Source: Octopus vulgaris
Taxonomy: Eukaryota
NCBI GenBank assembly: GCA_951406725.2
Contig: OX597831.1
Coordinates: forward strand, 17,546,001-17,610,000
DNA: 64,000 nt
Reading direction: 5' to 3'
Each line of letters begins with the position of its first letter. Within the stretch, counting starts at the first letter, position 1. Shown here piece by piece: positions 38,744 to 53,745 of the stretch. Made by a program: the position numbers and the translations under genes. The notes below the pieces were generated by a model that had not been told where the DNA came from, did not search any database, and saw only the letters and a list, made by a program, of their open reading frames with translations.

Positions 38744-41482
38744 ATGAAATATAACTTAGATCAATGCAAACATCAAATTTCCCTTACCTCCACATTCCTG
38801 TTAAATGTACGTGGCATCAACCCAAAAATGGAAGATCCCATATATAGAGGGTTAACTAGCCGAAACGGCACGTTCTCTTTCTTTATCCTTACCGAGACTT
38901 ACCTAAAGTCCTTTGAAGAGGGCCTTAGCAAAGTCAAGTCCTTCCTTCGGAAGTACCACTCCGGAAAAATACTAGTGATGGGTGATTTTAACCTCCCTCA
39001 TGTGAACTGGCCCACAAATACTCTGAAGTTAGGCAAATGTTCTACATCAGATAGAAAAACAGCAGAACTGCTCTTTAATCTAATGGATGAATACTTCCTG
39101 ACTCAGCTAGTGCTCGAACCAACGAGACAGAACAGAATGATCTTGGATTTGGTATTGACGAATCACTCTAGCTTCGTTCACAGTATTTCAGTTAAAAAAA
39201 CTCTCCCCTCAGACCACGAAATGGTACTCTGCAATTTTAATTCCCGACGTATAAAAACCAAACCAGCCAATCCCACTCCATGGCACCCATTTGACATCAT
39301 AAACTTCCACAAAGCGGACTGGGGAGCAATCAGAAAGGATCTGTCTTCCATCGACTGTTTTTTTACACTCAATTACTCCCATATCGTGACCGCATGGCAG
39401 CACTTTGAATACATTGTCACCTATACATGCTCTAAACACGTTCCCACGAAATCTACTAACACAAACAGAAACCGGCCCTCTAAAAAGAAAAAAAACACTC
39501 ATCAGGCGCATTAAAAGACTCAACAAAAAAATCAACCAATTAAAATATTCCCACACACAACATCCACATTCAACAACAAGGAAAATGCTAGAGCTGGAAA
39601 AACCTCATCTGCAGACCGACATGAAAACCTCAATTGAAAATCAAAGAGCTGTGGAGGAACAGTGGGTAATCAAAAACATCAAACAGAACCCAAAAGTGTT
39701 CTATTCTTATGCAAATAAGCATAGAACTATTGTCTCACCCATTGGGCCATTGATTGATGATAAAGGCATTCCCCAACACGGTGCTAAAGAAATGGCAGAA
39801 ATACTGCAGAAAGAATACTGCTCTGTCTTTAGTGTTCCCACTGATATTGACGTAAGAGAAGCGAACGAAGTTGACTCCCAACAAAACATCTCAGACATAA
39901 CCTTCACTGACACTGACATCGTAGCAGCAATAAATGAGGTCAAATACTATTCTGCTGTAGGACCTGATAGATTCCCCACTAGTCTCCTGAAGGAATGTAG
40001 CAACCAACTTGCAGTCGCTCTGACCAACCTCTGGATAAATTCGTTAGACGCAGGTTATATACCGAAACAGTTTCTAACCCAGTCAGTTATCCCGGTTTTC
40101 AAACAGGGAAACATATTCCTCGCACTCAACTGTCGCCTAATCTCACTCACCTCCCACATCATTAAAATGCTTGAAAGAGTGTTAAGATCAAGGATAGCTG
40201 ACTTCCTGGAGACCCACAAACTCCTAAATGCAAATCAGCATGGCTTTCGCTGTGGCAGGGACTGTCTAACACAGCTCTTACACCACATTGAAGATGTACT
40301 CAAAGACTTGGGAACAGGTTCAAATTCTGACGTCATATATCTTGACTTCAGTAAAGTGTTCAAAAGGGTAGACCGTAATATCCTACTCTCCAAATTGGCA
40401 AATGTTGGAATCTGTGGAATAGTTCTACACTGGATTAAGTATTTCCTGGCGAATAGAACACAACATGTTGTAGTTGATGGAGTCCACTCAAGCCCAGCAA
40501 AAGTCACCAGCGGTGTTCCCCAGAGGACTGTCTTGGGTCCGCTACACTTCATAATTTACATAAACGTCCTTTCCAGTGTCGTACATTACTGCAAAATGAA
40601 AATATTTGCTGATGAGACTAAACTCCAGCAAATCGTCAATGGAGAAGCAGACCGAACTCAACTACAGTCTGATCTATATGCTGTGAGTCAATGGGCAGAC
40701 AGAAACAAAATGCAACTGAATTTGGGAAAATCTGAGCTGATGCATTTTGGAAGAAATTCCTCACTAAAACAGCCATACTCTCTTCCTTCAGGGGAACCGC
40801 TCACAGCCTCTAACAATATCAGAGACATGGCTGTAATTGTTGATGACGATCTCAGTTGGAGTGCACACGTCAACAAGAAGTTCGATATAGCTCGTAGGAT
40901 GAGTTCCTGGATCTTAAGAACTTTCCGGTCCAGAGAACAAGGTGTCATCATACCACTTTTCTCCTCCTTTGTACGGCCACACCTTGAATGATGCTGCCCA
41001 CTGTGGTCTCCCCATACAAGACAAAACATCTCCAGGATTGAGTCACCCCAGAGGGCACTCACTAACGAATTGAAGGCATTGCTGCTCTTGATTATTGGGA
41101 TCGCCTTAAAGCCTTGAAACTTTACTCCCTCCAGCGTCGCCGTGAGCGGTACATCATTTGAACGATGTGGAGAATATACCGCCAACTTTGCCCAAAAGAC
41201 CTTAACATTAGCTTCAAGGTTCATCCAAGACTGAGACCACGGGCAATACGTCCCCTGCCCAATTCAAGATCACAACATACATGTACGCTGCAACATAATT
41301 TATTTTCCTCAACAGGCCCTGCTCTATTTAACATTGTCCCGAGAGAGATCAAAGAGGAAAAAGATCCCATCAACTTTAAACAGAGTCTGGATAGATTCAT
41401 TACAGGAATACCAGATAAGCCACCCATAATTGGATACAACTCACCCAACAAGAACTCACTACTTGAACAAAACTTGACTTAA
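38744..41482 (+). pseudogene. LINE ORF2: AP endonuclease + reverse transcriptase
   Basis: LLNVRGI, LTETYL, MGDFNLPHVNW, LDLVLTN, SDH; RLISLTSH, NQHGFR, YLDFSKVF, SGVPQRTVLGP, IFADETK. Frameshifts and stops present. Confidence 0.9.
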
Positions 41483-41791
41483 ACAGGATTCGAATAATCC
41501 TATCAGGTGGTGCTATTAAGTTAGACATGGCCTGGACCAATCTCTGGTCGAAACATATCCAAGTTTTATCTAAGTTTACAAAATATGTAAAAGTAATAAA
41601 AATTACAGGATAACGGAAGTAAATCGGTTTCGCATCATTATCTTCATTTAGTCTTGCATTAGTACATTAACGGAAATTACAGTAAGGAATAGTGTTTCCA
41701 CGGACCTCTGAAAAGAAAATAGTAAAAATTATATCAATAAGATTCTATACTCACACACACACACACATACACACACACACACACACCCACC

Positions 41792-41908
<117 letters not shown>

Positions 41909-41940
41909 TATTATTATTAGTAGTATTATTTCTATTATTA

Positions 41941-41993
<53 letters not shown>

Positions 41994-42203
41994 TCTTGTT
42001 ATTGGACTCGCTTTATATAGGACTTTTGATTGTGATTGTTCATCTTCTTAGGGTATTGTTCTTTGGTTCTAATATTTTTGCACCTTTCTTTAATTTTGGT
42101 GCTGATAGGTTTTCTTACGTTCCATTAGCATATTATTCTCACTATTATATTTATATATATATTGATAGATATAAGTTACGATAGATATTAATTCCTTGTT
42201 TTT

Positions 42204-42357
<154 letters not shown>

Positions 42358-42715
42358 AAGGGATCTAACGAATTACATTTAATTTAATCTAATTTCAGAA
42401 TTTATGTAATCAGACAAAATATGATTTAATTATTAGGTTGCTTATTTATTTGTAATATCAAATGTTAAGTTAATTTCGTATTATATAATTTGATATTAAG
42501 GCAACTTTGTTATAGATTCTTATATTAAATCTATAGATACTACACATGTATATTGATTATATGGTTAGCTTATTTAAGGAGTTTGTCTATATTTGAACCA
42601 TTTTTTATTACGATTACAATTTAATGACTTGTATTAGCTTTTCGTATTTTATTTAATTTGAAAGTATTTAATTATTTAAGTATTGTCTTAATTTTTAATT
42701 ACGTATATTTAATAT

Positions 42716-42792
<77 letters not shown>

Positions 42793-42910
42793 GTGTGCGT
42801 GTGTGTGTATGTGTGTGTGTGTGCGTGGTGTGCGTGTGTGTGTGTGTGTATAAATATATATATTAAAGTATATTTATTAATTAATTATTTCATTGTTCTA
42901 GTTTTATTTT

Positions 42911-42999
42911 TAACCTGATGAGTGACTATATTTATATCGAAGTGATTTCTCTACCACCATAATAATTTCTTAAATATAACCATGAAACACGTTTGTTAT
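42911..42999 (+). ncRNA. Hammerhead-like motif, degenerate
   Basis: taac-CTGATGA-gtgactatattt...aaatataaccat-GAAA-cacgttt-gtta, inside an AT-rich insert resembling 21880-22640. Confidence 0.4.
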
Positions 43000-43799
43000 T
43001 CTACAATTTATATACGTTATTATTTTTTTTGCAATTTCCTTAATCTTTGACAATTTATTGTTATTTTGATGTTAATGCATGTGCCTATGTATGGTACATG
43101 CATACGTGCGCGTATACATACATACGTGCATGCGTACGTACGTGAATACATACATACTTACATGCATACATACATACATACATACATACATACATACATA
43201 CATACATACATACATACATACATACATACATACACACATACATACGTATATATATTTAACCTGAACTAACTAGATGTAAGGGAGAAAAAAAGATGAGTAA
43301 TAGTAAAACAAAAGTTTTGTGATATAGAGATAAATGTCTGATAATAGGTTCTAGTGCTTTATTTTGGGGGTGAGGGTCGTAAATCACTTCCTAGTTTCGG
43401 CGGGGGAGGTTGAAATTTGATATTTTGCGGTTTTAACCCAAAGAGCTAAACACTATGTTGCTATTTCAAACCAATTTTTTATTAAAGTTTAAGCTCAATT
43501 GCAATATATAGAATATACTGTATTATGATGTTACTGACTTTCTAACTAGCAAACCTCTCCGTTACAAAAACTCTATTCGAGATAGAAGCAGTACATGACG
43601 CAAAAACGTAGGGTTTTTCACCACATTAGATCTGAATTATAGATACTTCCACGCTTTAAACGGTGCTGTGCTTAAATATGAGGAAATGAGACTAGAGCTT
43701 GAAATCTTGAATGTATTAATACAATCTACCCATCTATAACTATATAAGAGATATTGCATTTAAAATGTCAACTGACTGTTAAAAAAAATCTTCAAAAAG

Positions 43800-44330
43800 T
43801 ATCTAGAAGCATCCTCTCCTCTTGAAAATCGACGGAAGTAGGCATTGCGATGTTATCAAGTACCAACAAAATAAAAATGGCTTGTCCGTCTAAGACATTT
43901 ATACAGACATGGCGGCTACATTAGAGATTCTTTTAGCAGTTCAAAGTGAGAAAGGGGAAGTGGTCAAGTGCCTGACCGTCCTGAAAGCGGTTGGCGATTG
44001 AATATATATAAAATCGTAAATGCTGTTAGCACATTCTGTGAAAGACTGAAGACATCTTGTACAATGAAGTTGGCATGACGAAGGTTTCTGCTAATTGGTG
44101 CTCTGTCGTCTGCTTTCTCTTGACATTCTCTGAGAATATCATGTAGAACTTATGGACGTTTCAGCTGAAATTCATATTAGTTCCTTCATTATGAAATGGT
44201 GCAACTTACCAGCACATTTAGTGACTGAATGGTTTTGGTTGGAAAATAAACCATCCGAGGTAAGATACGAGACTAGCTGCCAAAATAAGTGCCCCTACCC
44301 TAAATCTACTCCTGAAATAGAGTAACTAAC
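43800..44330 (+). mobile_element. Highly decayed mariner fragment
   Basis: Remnants HCDVIKY, DIYTDMAATL and ILYNEVGMTKVSANW (compare LGMxKVSARWVP). Confidence 0.55.
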
Positions 44331-44639
44331 CTTGAATATTTGATTCAACTTGATAAAGTATTGGTAAAATTATTAAGGAATTAAAGCGTGCGTATTAACG
44401 CGATGTTAAGTTCCTCATAGTATTGTAATTTTGATTAATTTTGCAGTTGTATCAAAATAATTTTGTCAAGAGTAATTGTTATATTACTATTATAAGATCT
44501 ACGAAATTGCCAAATAATCAAGATTCTCGGTACTCAACTTATTAAAACTGTGTCAATGCAGACAATACTTGTATAATTTTAGTCTATTTTGTGAAACAGA
44601 AATGTGCATATTTTCCTACGCATATATTCAAAATATTTA

Positions 44640-45423
44640 CAGGGAGTCCGAAATCAAGACATCGATATTTCGGTCTGTAATATCAATAAATATAATAGGG
44701 TATGAAAATTATACATCATTATAAATGCTTAGTGTGTGACATATTTTCTTTCAGACTGCATATATACAGATTTACAAGTTAGATCATGATTATAGACGAA
44801 TAAACTATTACAATATACAATTCTGTCGAGTATAAATTCGTAAATCCACAGTCATTTGTGGTTTGGTCTACTCTGAGGAACATTGGAAGGTTTCCTCTCG
44901 TTTCTGTGCTCTGATGTGTTAGAATTGATATCTGACGAGACATTTGCGGCATACAAGAAATTGAGCTGCTCCCATGCGAGGATGCACGCGTTGAAGGCGC
45001 AACGTGGAGCCTCGAACAGGACTTGTCACTATCACCCAGCTGCAGACACAACCCTGGATACGGATAGAACAAACATTCCCTCACACTTAGTCAAGAAAGT
45101 ACGGCTCTTTGGATTTTTAGATTTGGTCCATTTTAGAGAGGAGGGTCACAAGCAGTTTTCATGTTTCGCCCGACGCTCTCAAGACACTACTAAGCAGCGA
45201 ATTCTTCGATTTCGCAACAACATTTGGTACCGCAATTGAAGCATTCACGCTTAGACTTATGGCCGTGATTCTAAACAGATGTGCTCATATCAACTATATG
45301 TGCTAGTGTCAGCACTGTATTTTGAGTTACCAGTTCATTGCAATTCACGAACAAAGAAATCTAACGATATTTTCCTAGGGCACAATGCAAAAATTCAAGT
45401 GAAGGAATTTTAGGAAACATTAG
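44640..45423 (+). mobile_element. Internally deleted DD37D element, copy 3
   Basis: Same tcaaaatattta|caggg junction and internal homology to 4926-6320. Confidence 0.65.
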
Positions 45424-47519
45424 TATATATTCTGTGTGGCATTTGTGGAGTGGCATCTTAGAAGTAAGATATATTATTGAATCACCTACCTTGGCATCGT
45501 TAGAAGTGTTTTTCTGAAAAAAATTAAACATTTTCATATTTGAATAGAAGACGTTTATAAGCGTTGTATGTGCAAGCATACACGTTAATGAGTAGGGTAT
45601 TAATTCTATCATACGAGGCTCATTATAAAAATGTAATTAATATACATTTAAGTCAATTAATTATTAAAGTGAATCTTTTAGCTATATAAGCAAGTATTAT
45701 CGTACGAATCTTATTTCAGATATCAATGAAAAGATTTGATGTAATATAAAGAAAAATTCTGCTCTAAAGTTTTAGATACATTCGTTCAGAAATCATATAC
45801 ATGCAACATAGAAATAAGAAGGAACTTACAAAACATTTCCTAATTCCTATAAACATATATCGACAATCGCGATACAAGTCTGGATGAAAACAATCGTCGA
45901 AAACTTTTGCAGCACTGCGAATGGAGGTTAAGGTGGATATTTAGAAACTAAATCATCGGCTATTGAAGCACATGAGCGTTTGTTTGTATATGTGTGTGTG
46001 TGTGTTTGTGTGTGTCCGTGTGTGTGTATGTGTATGCGTTTAACCAATATTTATCTAAGATAGACTGGTTCAATATATCAAATGTTGATGAAAAAATACT
46101 CTAATGAATAAGTCATATAGAATATCTTAAGACATTGACATTTTTTTTAGTTAGAAAACAGAGAGATATAAGGGATACGAATTAAATTATTAATTAATCA
46201 ACATAGCAACCATCAATTGTTTCATTTAAAATCAGATTAAACTCACGAAGCATATATAAAAATATACTTTTGCATCAATACACAATTATAATATACAATT
46301 CTAAGCCTTCACAATGTAAGCGAAAGTAATAAATAGAACTATTGCAAAGTAGCAAAAAAATTAACCACAAGTCATTCTCGAAAATAAGCAAGACATTTGA
46401 AGAGACTTATTTCACCCTGCATCAACCTGTTTCAACTCGCAGACAGTTGAAACACTCCTGTCACACCTGGGACCTCGAAGACTGCTTCAATACAAGAAAG
46501 TATACTAGTCCCTTAATATTTGATATTCAATATTTCATCTATTCAATAAGACACTCGATACTTAATTTCATTTTACTATATATACTATTTATACTATATA
46601 CTCGATGTTCTACATTAATATTATAAAGAATATAAATAAAACATAAAAAACAGACAGTTGGAATTCATTTGAATAATATATATCTCTCTATATACAATCA
46701 TACGAACCCCTTTAAATAAATATGTATGTATGTATGTATATTTATACATATATATATAGAGAGAGGTGTAGGAATGTCTTTCTGTAAGAAGCTAGCTGCC
46801 CCAAACAAATGCTACTGTGTTCAGTTCCATTTCGTGACACGTTGTAGCAAGTGTCACGTTGCAAACCCTGGGGCAGATTAAAGCCATGCGTCTTAATTTG
46901 GTAGACGGAAACTGAAAGAAATTCCTCCTGTGTGTAAAGATAGGAGGGAGGAAATAAACTCCATATTTAATTCTAAAGTTATATTCAATTAAATTCCGCA
47001 ACTGGGTTTTACAAAATAACATTTTTTCTATGGTCCACGACCATTATATTAATGTTTTTTACGAAAGCAATACAACTAAATATTAGAGTTACATATTTGG
47101 CCGCAAATCTACCATGAATTTTAAATAGTTCTACATTTATAGTCATACAATAAATGTCAAAATAATACACTGACAGATACAGTGCAAACAAAAACGATGT
47201 AGTATGCATTATGGTAAAGGGAATTGTAAAATTTGAAGACTTTAAAAGATTGAAATATGATTATTCTCATACGTAAATGAACTGTGTATGATATTCAAAG
47301 TTGTAAAGAAACGGCGTCAGTAGGTTAATTCATTATCTCACTTTCTCTCTCAGAATATTTACTGTGTATAACATATATAAATTATGTGTTAGTATGTAGG
47401 TATATAATTTAGAATACAAAAAATATTTTTTTGAAAAATATACGGTGGAAAAAGTAGACGATTGTATGAGGTAATTCTTTTTAAAAGCAAATTTGTCAGA
47501 AATTCTTACAATCCACATC

Positions 47520-48560
47520 AAAATACTAACATGTTCTGAGCAGTCCTTTAATGAATTCAGTACATCTCCGTTAACAGGATTTGATCAATTTCTTACATCA
47601 TTTTGACGTAGGGTTTTTTCCATCCTTCCTGAAGTTTTTCCCACCAAATCCTGCCTTTCGCAGTTCGGTGCTCGCTGATATTATCACTAAATATTTTCGA
47701 TCAGTTTTCAATGCGATTAACGTCAGAGCCCTGTGCTGGCCAACGCGTTATAAAATTATTATCAGCTTCAAACACACCCATTGCTAATTCGACCCTGTGA
47801 CATTGTTAATTATCCAGCATAAAGATTGACTGATGAGTTCGATATGACATCACAACAGACACAAAACTCTGCACAATGATGTTTTTCTATATGACCGCAT
47901 TCATATTACCATGGATCCTAATGAAAGCCCGAGAACCTGCTGCAGAATACCTTTCCAATATCATTAAACCCCAACTCCAAGCTTTATTGATTTCTTCACG
48001 CATTTAGAGAGTAATGTTTCCATTTTCAGACGTCTCACATATTGTCTATTACTGGAGCCAACGAAACTGAACTTGTATTCGTCACTGAAGAACACACACA
48101 ACCAGTTGTTGTCCGCCCAATTTATTTTCTCATTGACAGAGACTAACTTCGCTTTCACTTTCGTTCCATAATTACGATTTACTTGCCAAGAATTTCCTAC
48201 AGTAATCCTGAATCGATCTCTTAGCGACAGCCTCTGAAATACACGCTGTTACCACGCACTTGTTTTCCGTGCTCTTCCCCTACATATTCCTAATAACACA
48301 AACGTGTTTGTTTCTTCATAAATTGGGGAATTCTTGAAACAAAACTATGTAATCAGTAAATGTACCTAATGAAAGCAGAAAAATCCATCCCTTCTTTTTT
48401 CAATGTGACCACTCAGTTTCTGAGACTTTCATTAAATGTACATGGCTTTCCATTATTGCCTGTTCACTACATATTAATCTTTGTCCAGATCGGTCAACTA
48501 AGTGCACAAAGGTAGGTCGGAGTGTTTTCAGATACTACATATTGAATTCCGCACCATATG
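47520..48560 (-). mobile_element. Decayed Tc1 (DD34E) element
   Basis: WLCVFFSDEYKFSFVGSSNRQYVRR, IFMLDN, RWPAQGSDVNRIEN (compare WPAQSPDLNPIEN). Confidence 0.75.
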
Positions 48561-49173
48561 TTCTCTAATTTTCTACATTTTCTCAAATAAACAGTTTCTG
48601 TATTATAAATTATTTAGTTATTAATCATTTCCTAAATTATTTATTGTAAATAATAAAATTCATTAAAAGTACTTACAGTCAAATTACATTCGTAAAAGAG
48701 AAGTCGAAATCGATATGTCTTTAAACATTATTTTCCTTCTCTAATTTGACCAACTACAATACATATGCACGTATATTTTGATTCCATGTCGAATCTCAAA
48801 CTACAATAAAGCACAATTTTAAGAAGGACGTTGACACAACAGTAACATTGCTGTTAACATCCATACATTTGATTTAGTATATTTAATGCAAGACGTTAAT
48901 TTCCGTACATACCGGCAGTCGGGGTGCAAGTTTTTACGATCTGCGTAACTCTTTGGACAACTAACTTTCGCTATAGTTTCACAATCTGCTTTTAAGTCTG
49001 AAGCTGATCCAGCTAGAATTTGAAAAATACGTTTATAAAACATACAATTACGTTGATAATTATTTTATTTTATCTGTTTAAATTGAATCTATAGCAGAAA
49101 GGAGAGCGGATGTCCCCTTACTTTACATATATGTGTGTATTTATGTGTGTGTGCATGTGTATGTATACACATG

Positions 49174-49280
<107 letters not shown>

Positions 49281-49486
49281 TAATGGTGTCATTGAGACCC
49301 GAAGTGTCAGGTAATGCTGAATAAGTGCTATAGGCACGCCATAGTTGAGTTCCAGATTCGGTAATATTGCGAATAAAGAGTTCAACGCTGGTTTTATGTC
49401 AGCGTTTGTATATATGAATTTGTGCTCTAATATCTATACAGCATTGTTTTTTATCCCATTACGCAAAAAAATCATATATACACACG

Positions 49487-49532
<46 letters not shown>

Positions 49533-49536
<4 letters not shown>

Positions 49537-49745
49537 ATCCAAACAAGAAAACACAAAAAAAAAACACAACAAAGCGAGGACGTGGAACAAATATAGTATT
49601 ATTGGATGCTCAGAAATGAAGGGAAGGAGGGTTTAACGTTTCGAGCGGAGTTCTTCGTCGGAAACATAGGAGAAGGGGAAAGATCCCGAGAAGGGAAGAC
49701 AGAAGGAAAAAAATCGCCAACGGTACACACGAGGTCGCATTTTGA
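49533..49745 (-). mobile_element. Short (TA)n-embedded repeat with hammerhead-like core
   Basis: Minus 49665-49631: gttt-CCGACGA-agaac-tcc-gctc-GAAA-CG-TT-aaac. Confidence 0.55.
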
Positions 49746-50299
49746 AATATATATATATATATATATATATACATGCATACATACATACGCATACTTACGT
49801 TTACAAATATATGCAAACGGTGTACTTTAGGAAGATTGTTTCACTTTATTTCACTCTTCGTAAATACTGAAATACTGAATGACAGAAATAATTTACGAAG
49901 TATAACCCGGCTCTCTACATTCGAAGGTCAAATCCGACGTGCCTGGAGAAGGCAGCTTGATAACACTCCCATATTCATCCCATGTCTAGCCAGTGTTGCC
50001 GAAATTCCAGATAATCAACTTAATGGAGTGGAGGAAGTCTAAGAGACTATTAATCTGAAACAGGTTGCTGCAGAAGTTTCATGAAAATATGAAGAGCATC
50101 ATAGCAGACCGTCAACCGGACAGAGTAGAAATGTGTGTTTATATAGAGACATGTGTGAGTGCGTTAGCTATATATTTACCTACATACATTTATACGGAGA
50201 AATGTGTGAGTTTATATAAGGATACATGCATACACACAGAAACGCACACAAACACACACATACAGACGTATAATCCACTTACATACATACATACATACT

Positions 50300-50360
<61 letters not shown>

Positions 50361-50382
50361 ACCAAAAGGGTACGGGCCTCGC

Positions 50383-50415
<33 letters not shown>

Positions 50416-51771
50416 TACAAACTGGGACAAAAACGCAAAACATTTAGAAAACGATACAAAAAACACCGATGGGACATTCGAAGCCTTCAGTCTTCAGTCA
50501 AGAACCGGATCATCCTCGCAATTTCTGCTGATTAATCTTCAGATTGCCCCGATCTGGCCAGCCCGAAAGGAAAATCTAAGCCAAGTGCATCAGATACCTT
50601 TGGAAGAGAGTCTCGAATGTATACAAAACAAGGACAGAAAAACGGACGATGTTACACGAATAAGAATATGAAAATACGTAAAAACAATAATGATAATAAT
50701 AATAACAAAAACAGGACGTCACAGACAGGCGCCTTTCGACAGAACGAGTAAACTTTGAGCTGGCGTGTTACATGAACAAAATAAAAAAAAGAATAAACAA
50801 AGACAAATTACACGAACGTATATAAACAGAAGGTACAAATATTACAGGCATCCCCCACACACACTCTAACTAAACATAGACGCACAAAGTGATATACGCA
50901 TGCGCAAATGAAGAAACATACAATAGAAATACAAAATGGCTAACGGTTAGTAAGGAGAGACACAAATAAGAAAGAAGAAAACAAAGGACCACTGATGCGG
51001 TCACAGGAGTGTGACGAAAGAAATCTGGCTTAAATAAGATTAAGATTAATGTAAAAAATAAATGACACTGAAGCAAAATAACACCAAATATATAGTGCGT
51101 GTGTTTTTATTTGCTAAACTGGCAACGAAGCCATTCCGAAATACAACAATGTCTGTTTCAACACACAACACACGACTTTACATAAAAATATTGCACAAGA
51201 AATATATAAATGTATATATATTTATTTATATATATATACATACATGTATATTTATATACATAGATACGCAAATGCTTATGCGTGTGTGTACGTTGCGTGT
51301 GTGTAAGTGAGATTATTGCCCATAGATGTATGTATGTACACATATCCATTTGTGTTTGGGAGATAAACACTCTGAATAGCCAGCGCAAATTAGATTCCAT
51401 GATGCTGGTACTAAGCACTGTTGAGGAACGTAAAACTAGAGATAATCAGAGGAACGCTGCAGGGGAAAATGGCAATTTTGACTTAGCTATCAATCTTAAT
51501 TATTTTGAGGAAGAAATTCCGGACCTGGCCATCTACTCTGCCAGCCTATGCAACCTAATCAGATTCTTGCATACCATTACAAGTGAGAAAAGGCCAGTTA
51601 ATGCTTAAGTAGTTTACCTTTGCCTCAAAAATATTCCCCTGACATGTAGAACGAAATCGAAAATTGTCAGAGCAGTATCAATACCTCTACAATCGCAAAA
51701 ATAATTCTTATACATACATACACGCACTCATATACAAATATCTACGTATATACATACATTTATACATACTT

Positions 51772-51819
<48 letters not shown>

Positions 51820-51902
51820 GTGTGTGTGTATATATATGCATATATAAATATATACTTATATACTTATTTATACATATAAATATATATGTATATCTATATG
51901 TA

Positions 51903-51947
<45 letters not shown>

Positions 51948-53002
51948 AGTGTGTGTGTGTGTATGTACGTTTATGTTGAAATATTGGTTAATAGATACAG
52001 AAAGACAGGTTGACAAACAAGAATAGTGATGACTGGATACCTTGTTAAATTTGGATTTTCACTGAGTTGAGCACAGAAATATCAGTTATTGTCATATCAA
52101 TTAGTAATAGGATTATTGAGAAACTTACCAATTAAGAGAAGCAAAATAAAGGCAGAAATGTTCATATTGATTTTTCCTCTCCAATGTGGCTTATTTTCTT
52201 TTGAAATATAATGCAACATATGTTGCATCATTCCGAATTTTTATTATCATGAACTCTTTAAATGTTCATTCCACGTGATGAAATATTGTGTTTGCACGTC
52301 AGCTATTTTGAATTTATACGTATAAGAAGAAACGTTTCTCTAGATCTTGTGTTTTAACATATATATTAAATAAAACGTTATTTCCCAGCTTGTACCTCCA
52401 ATGCCAACACATACACGAGGTCATATGCACAATCCATATTGTTTCATATAAACCATCTATTTTACGTTAGGTCTCTGGCCTTGCACAACTTATGCAATTG
52501 GCTCTGTTTCTAGATTCCTGTTAATGAATAATGACTAAGGGATATTAATGCCTCTCACAACGAAACTGTATATAGCAAGATCGGGCATTCTTTTAGAATA
52601 TATTACTGATAAACTGATGTGCATTGAAACAATTCTCTAGATTTTATGTTTATTGTTTTTAATATACTCACAACTGCTTCGTATCTGTTTGAAAATGCCT
52701 TTGAGAGGAATCTGACAAAGCCGTTTAGGTTGTTGAAGTATGTTGACCTGGGTTTTTTTCTGAGGTGATGAGAGTTTCGAAGAACTGAGAGAGGAGATCG
52801 TTTTGGCGTAGACAGCTGTCCTTCGGCAGACGAAATGCCGCTAAACATTTTGCCAGGCATTCTAACGTTTCTCGGGGATATATATATATATATATATAAT
52901 AAAATAAGTAGAGAGGTAAGATGACGATCCAATAATTTTTATACAATATAATGTAACTTTATATACTATGAATATAATATGATAGGCTATAATGTGCTGA
53001 GG

Positions 53003-53372
53003 AAGGCGGTGAGCTGGCCGAAACGTTAGCACCCCGGGCGAAATGCGTAGCCGTACTTCGTCTGCCGTTACATTCTGAGTTCAAATTCCGCCGGGATCAA
53101 AATTGCCTTTGATCCCTTTGCGGTCGATAAGTTAAGTACCAGCTACGCACTGGGGTCCATATAATCAACTTAATCCACGTGTCTGTCCTTGTTTGACTCC
53201 TCTGTGTTTAGTCCCTTGCGGGTAGTAAAGAAATAGGTATTTCGTCTGCCGCTACGTTCTGATTTCAAATTCCACAGAGGTCGACTTTGCCTTTATCAGT
53301 TACTCACTAGGGTTGATATAATCGACTAAAACCGTTTGTCTGTCTTTGTTTGTCCCCTCTGTGGGTAGTAAA
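53003..53372 (+). mobile_element. tRNA-derived SINE plus tandem partial second unit
   Basis: aaggcggtgagctggccgaaacgttagc, gagttcaaattcc, gtcgataagttaagtaccag; family of the 18501 SINE. Confidence 0.85.
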
Positions 53373-53497
53373 GATCAAAGTTGCACATATTGTCAACCAA
53401 GTGACGTGTTCAACTGCTTATGGTCATGCAACTGACAAGCAAATCTGTGATATTGAGCAGAATGTAAGAGACATTGCATGTTATTACATCCGAGTCC

Positions 53498-53744
<247 letters not shown>

Positions 53745-53745
<1 letters not shown>

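Larger units (their letters stand above)
36872..41577 (+). mobile_element. Full-span CR1-group (APE-RT) LINE, decayed
   Basis: 5' UTR with a 45-bp tandem duplication, ORF1, ORF2, 3' stem-loop gacca-atctc-tggtc and tandem tail tatc(c/t)aagttt; imperfect TSD tacaaata/tacaaaata. The flanks rejoin to match 3895-4190. Confidence 0.88.
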
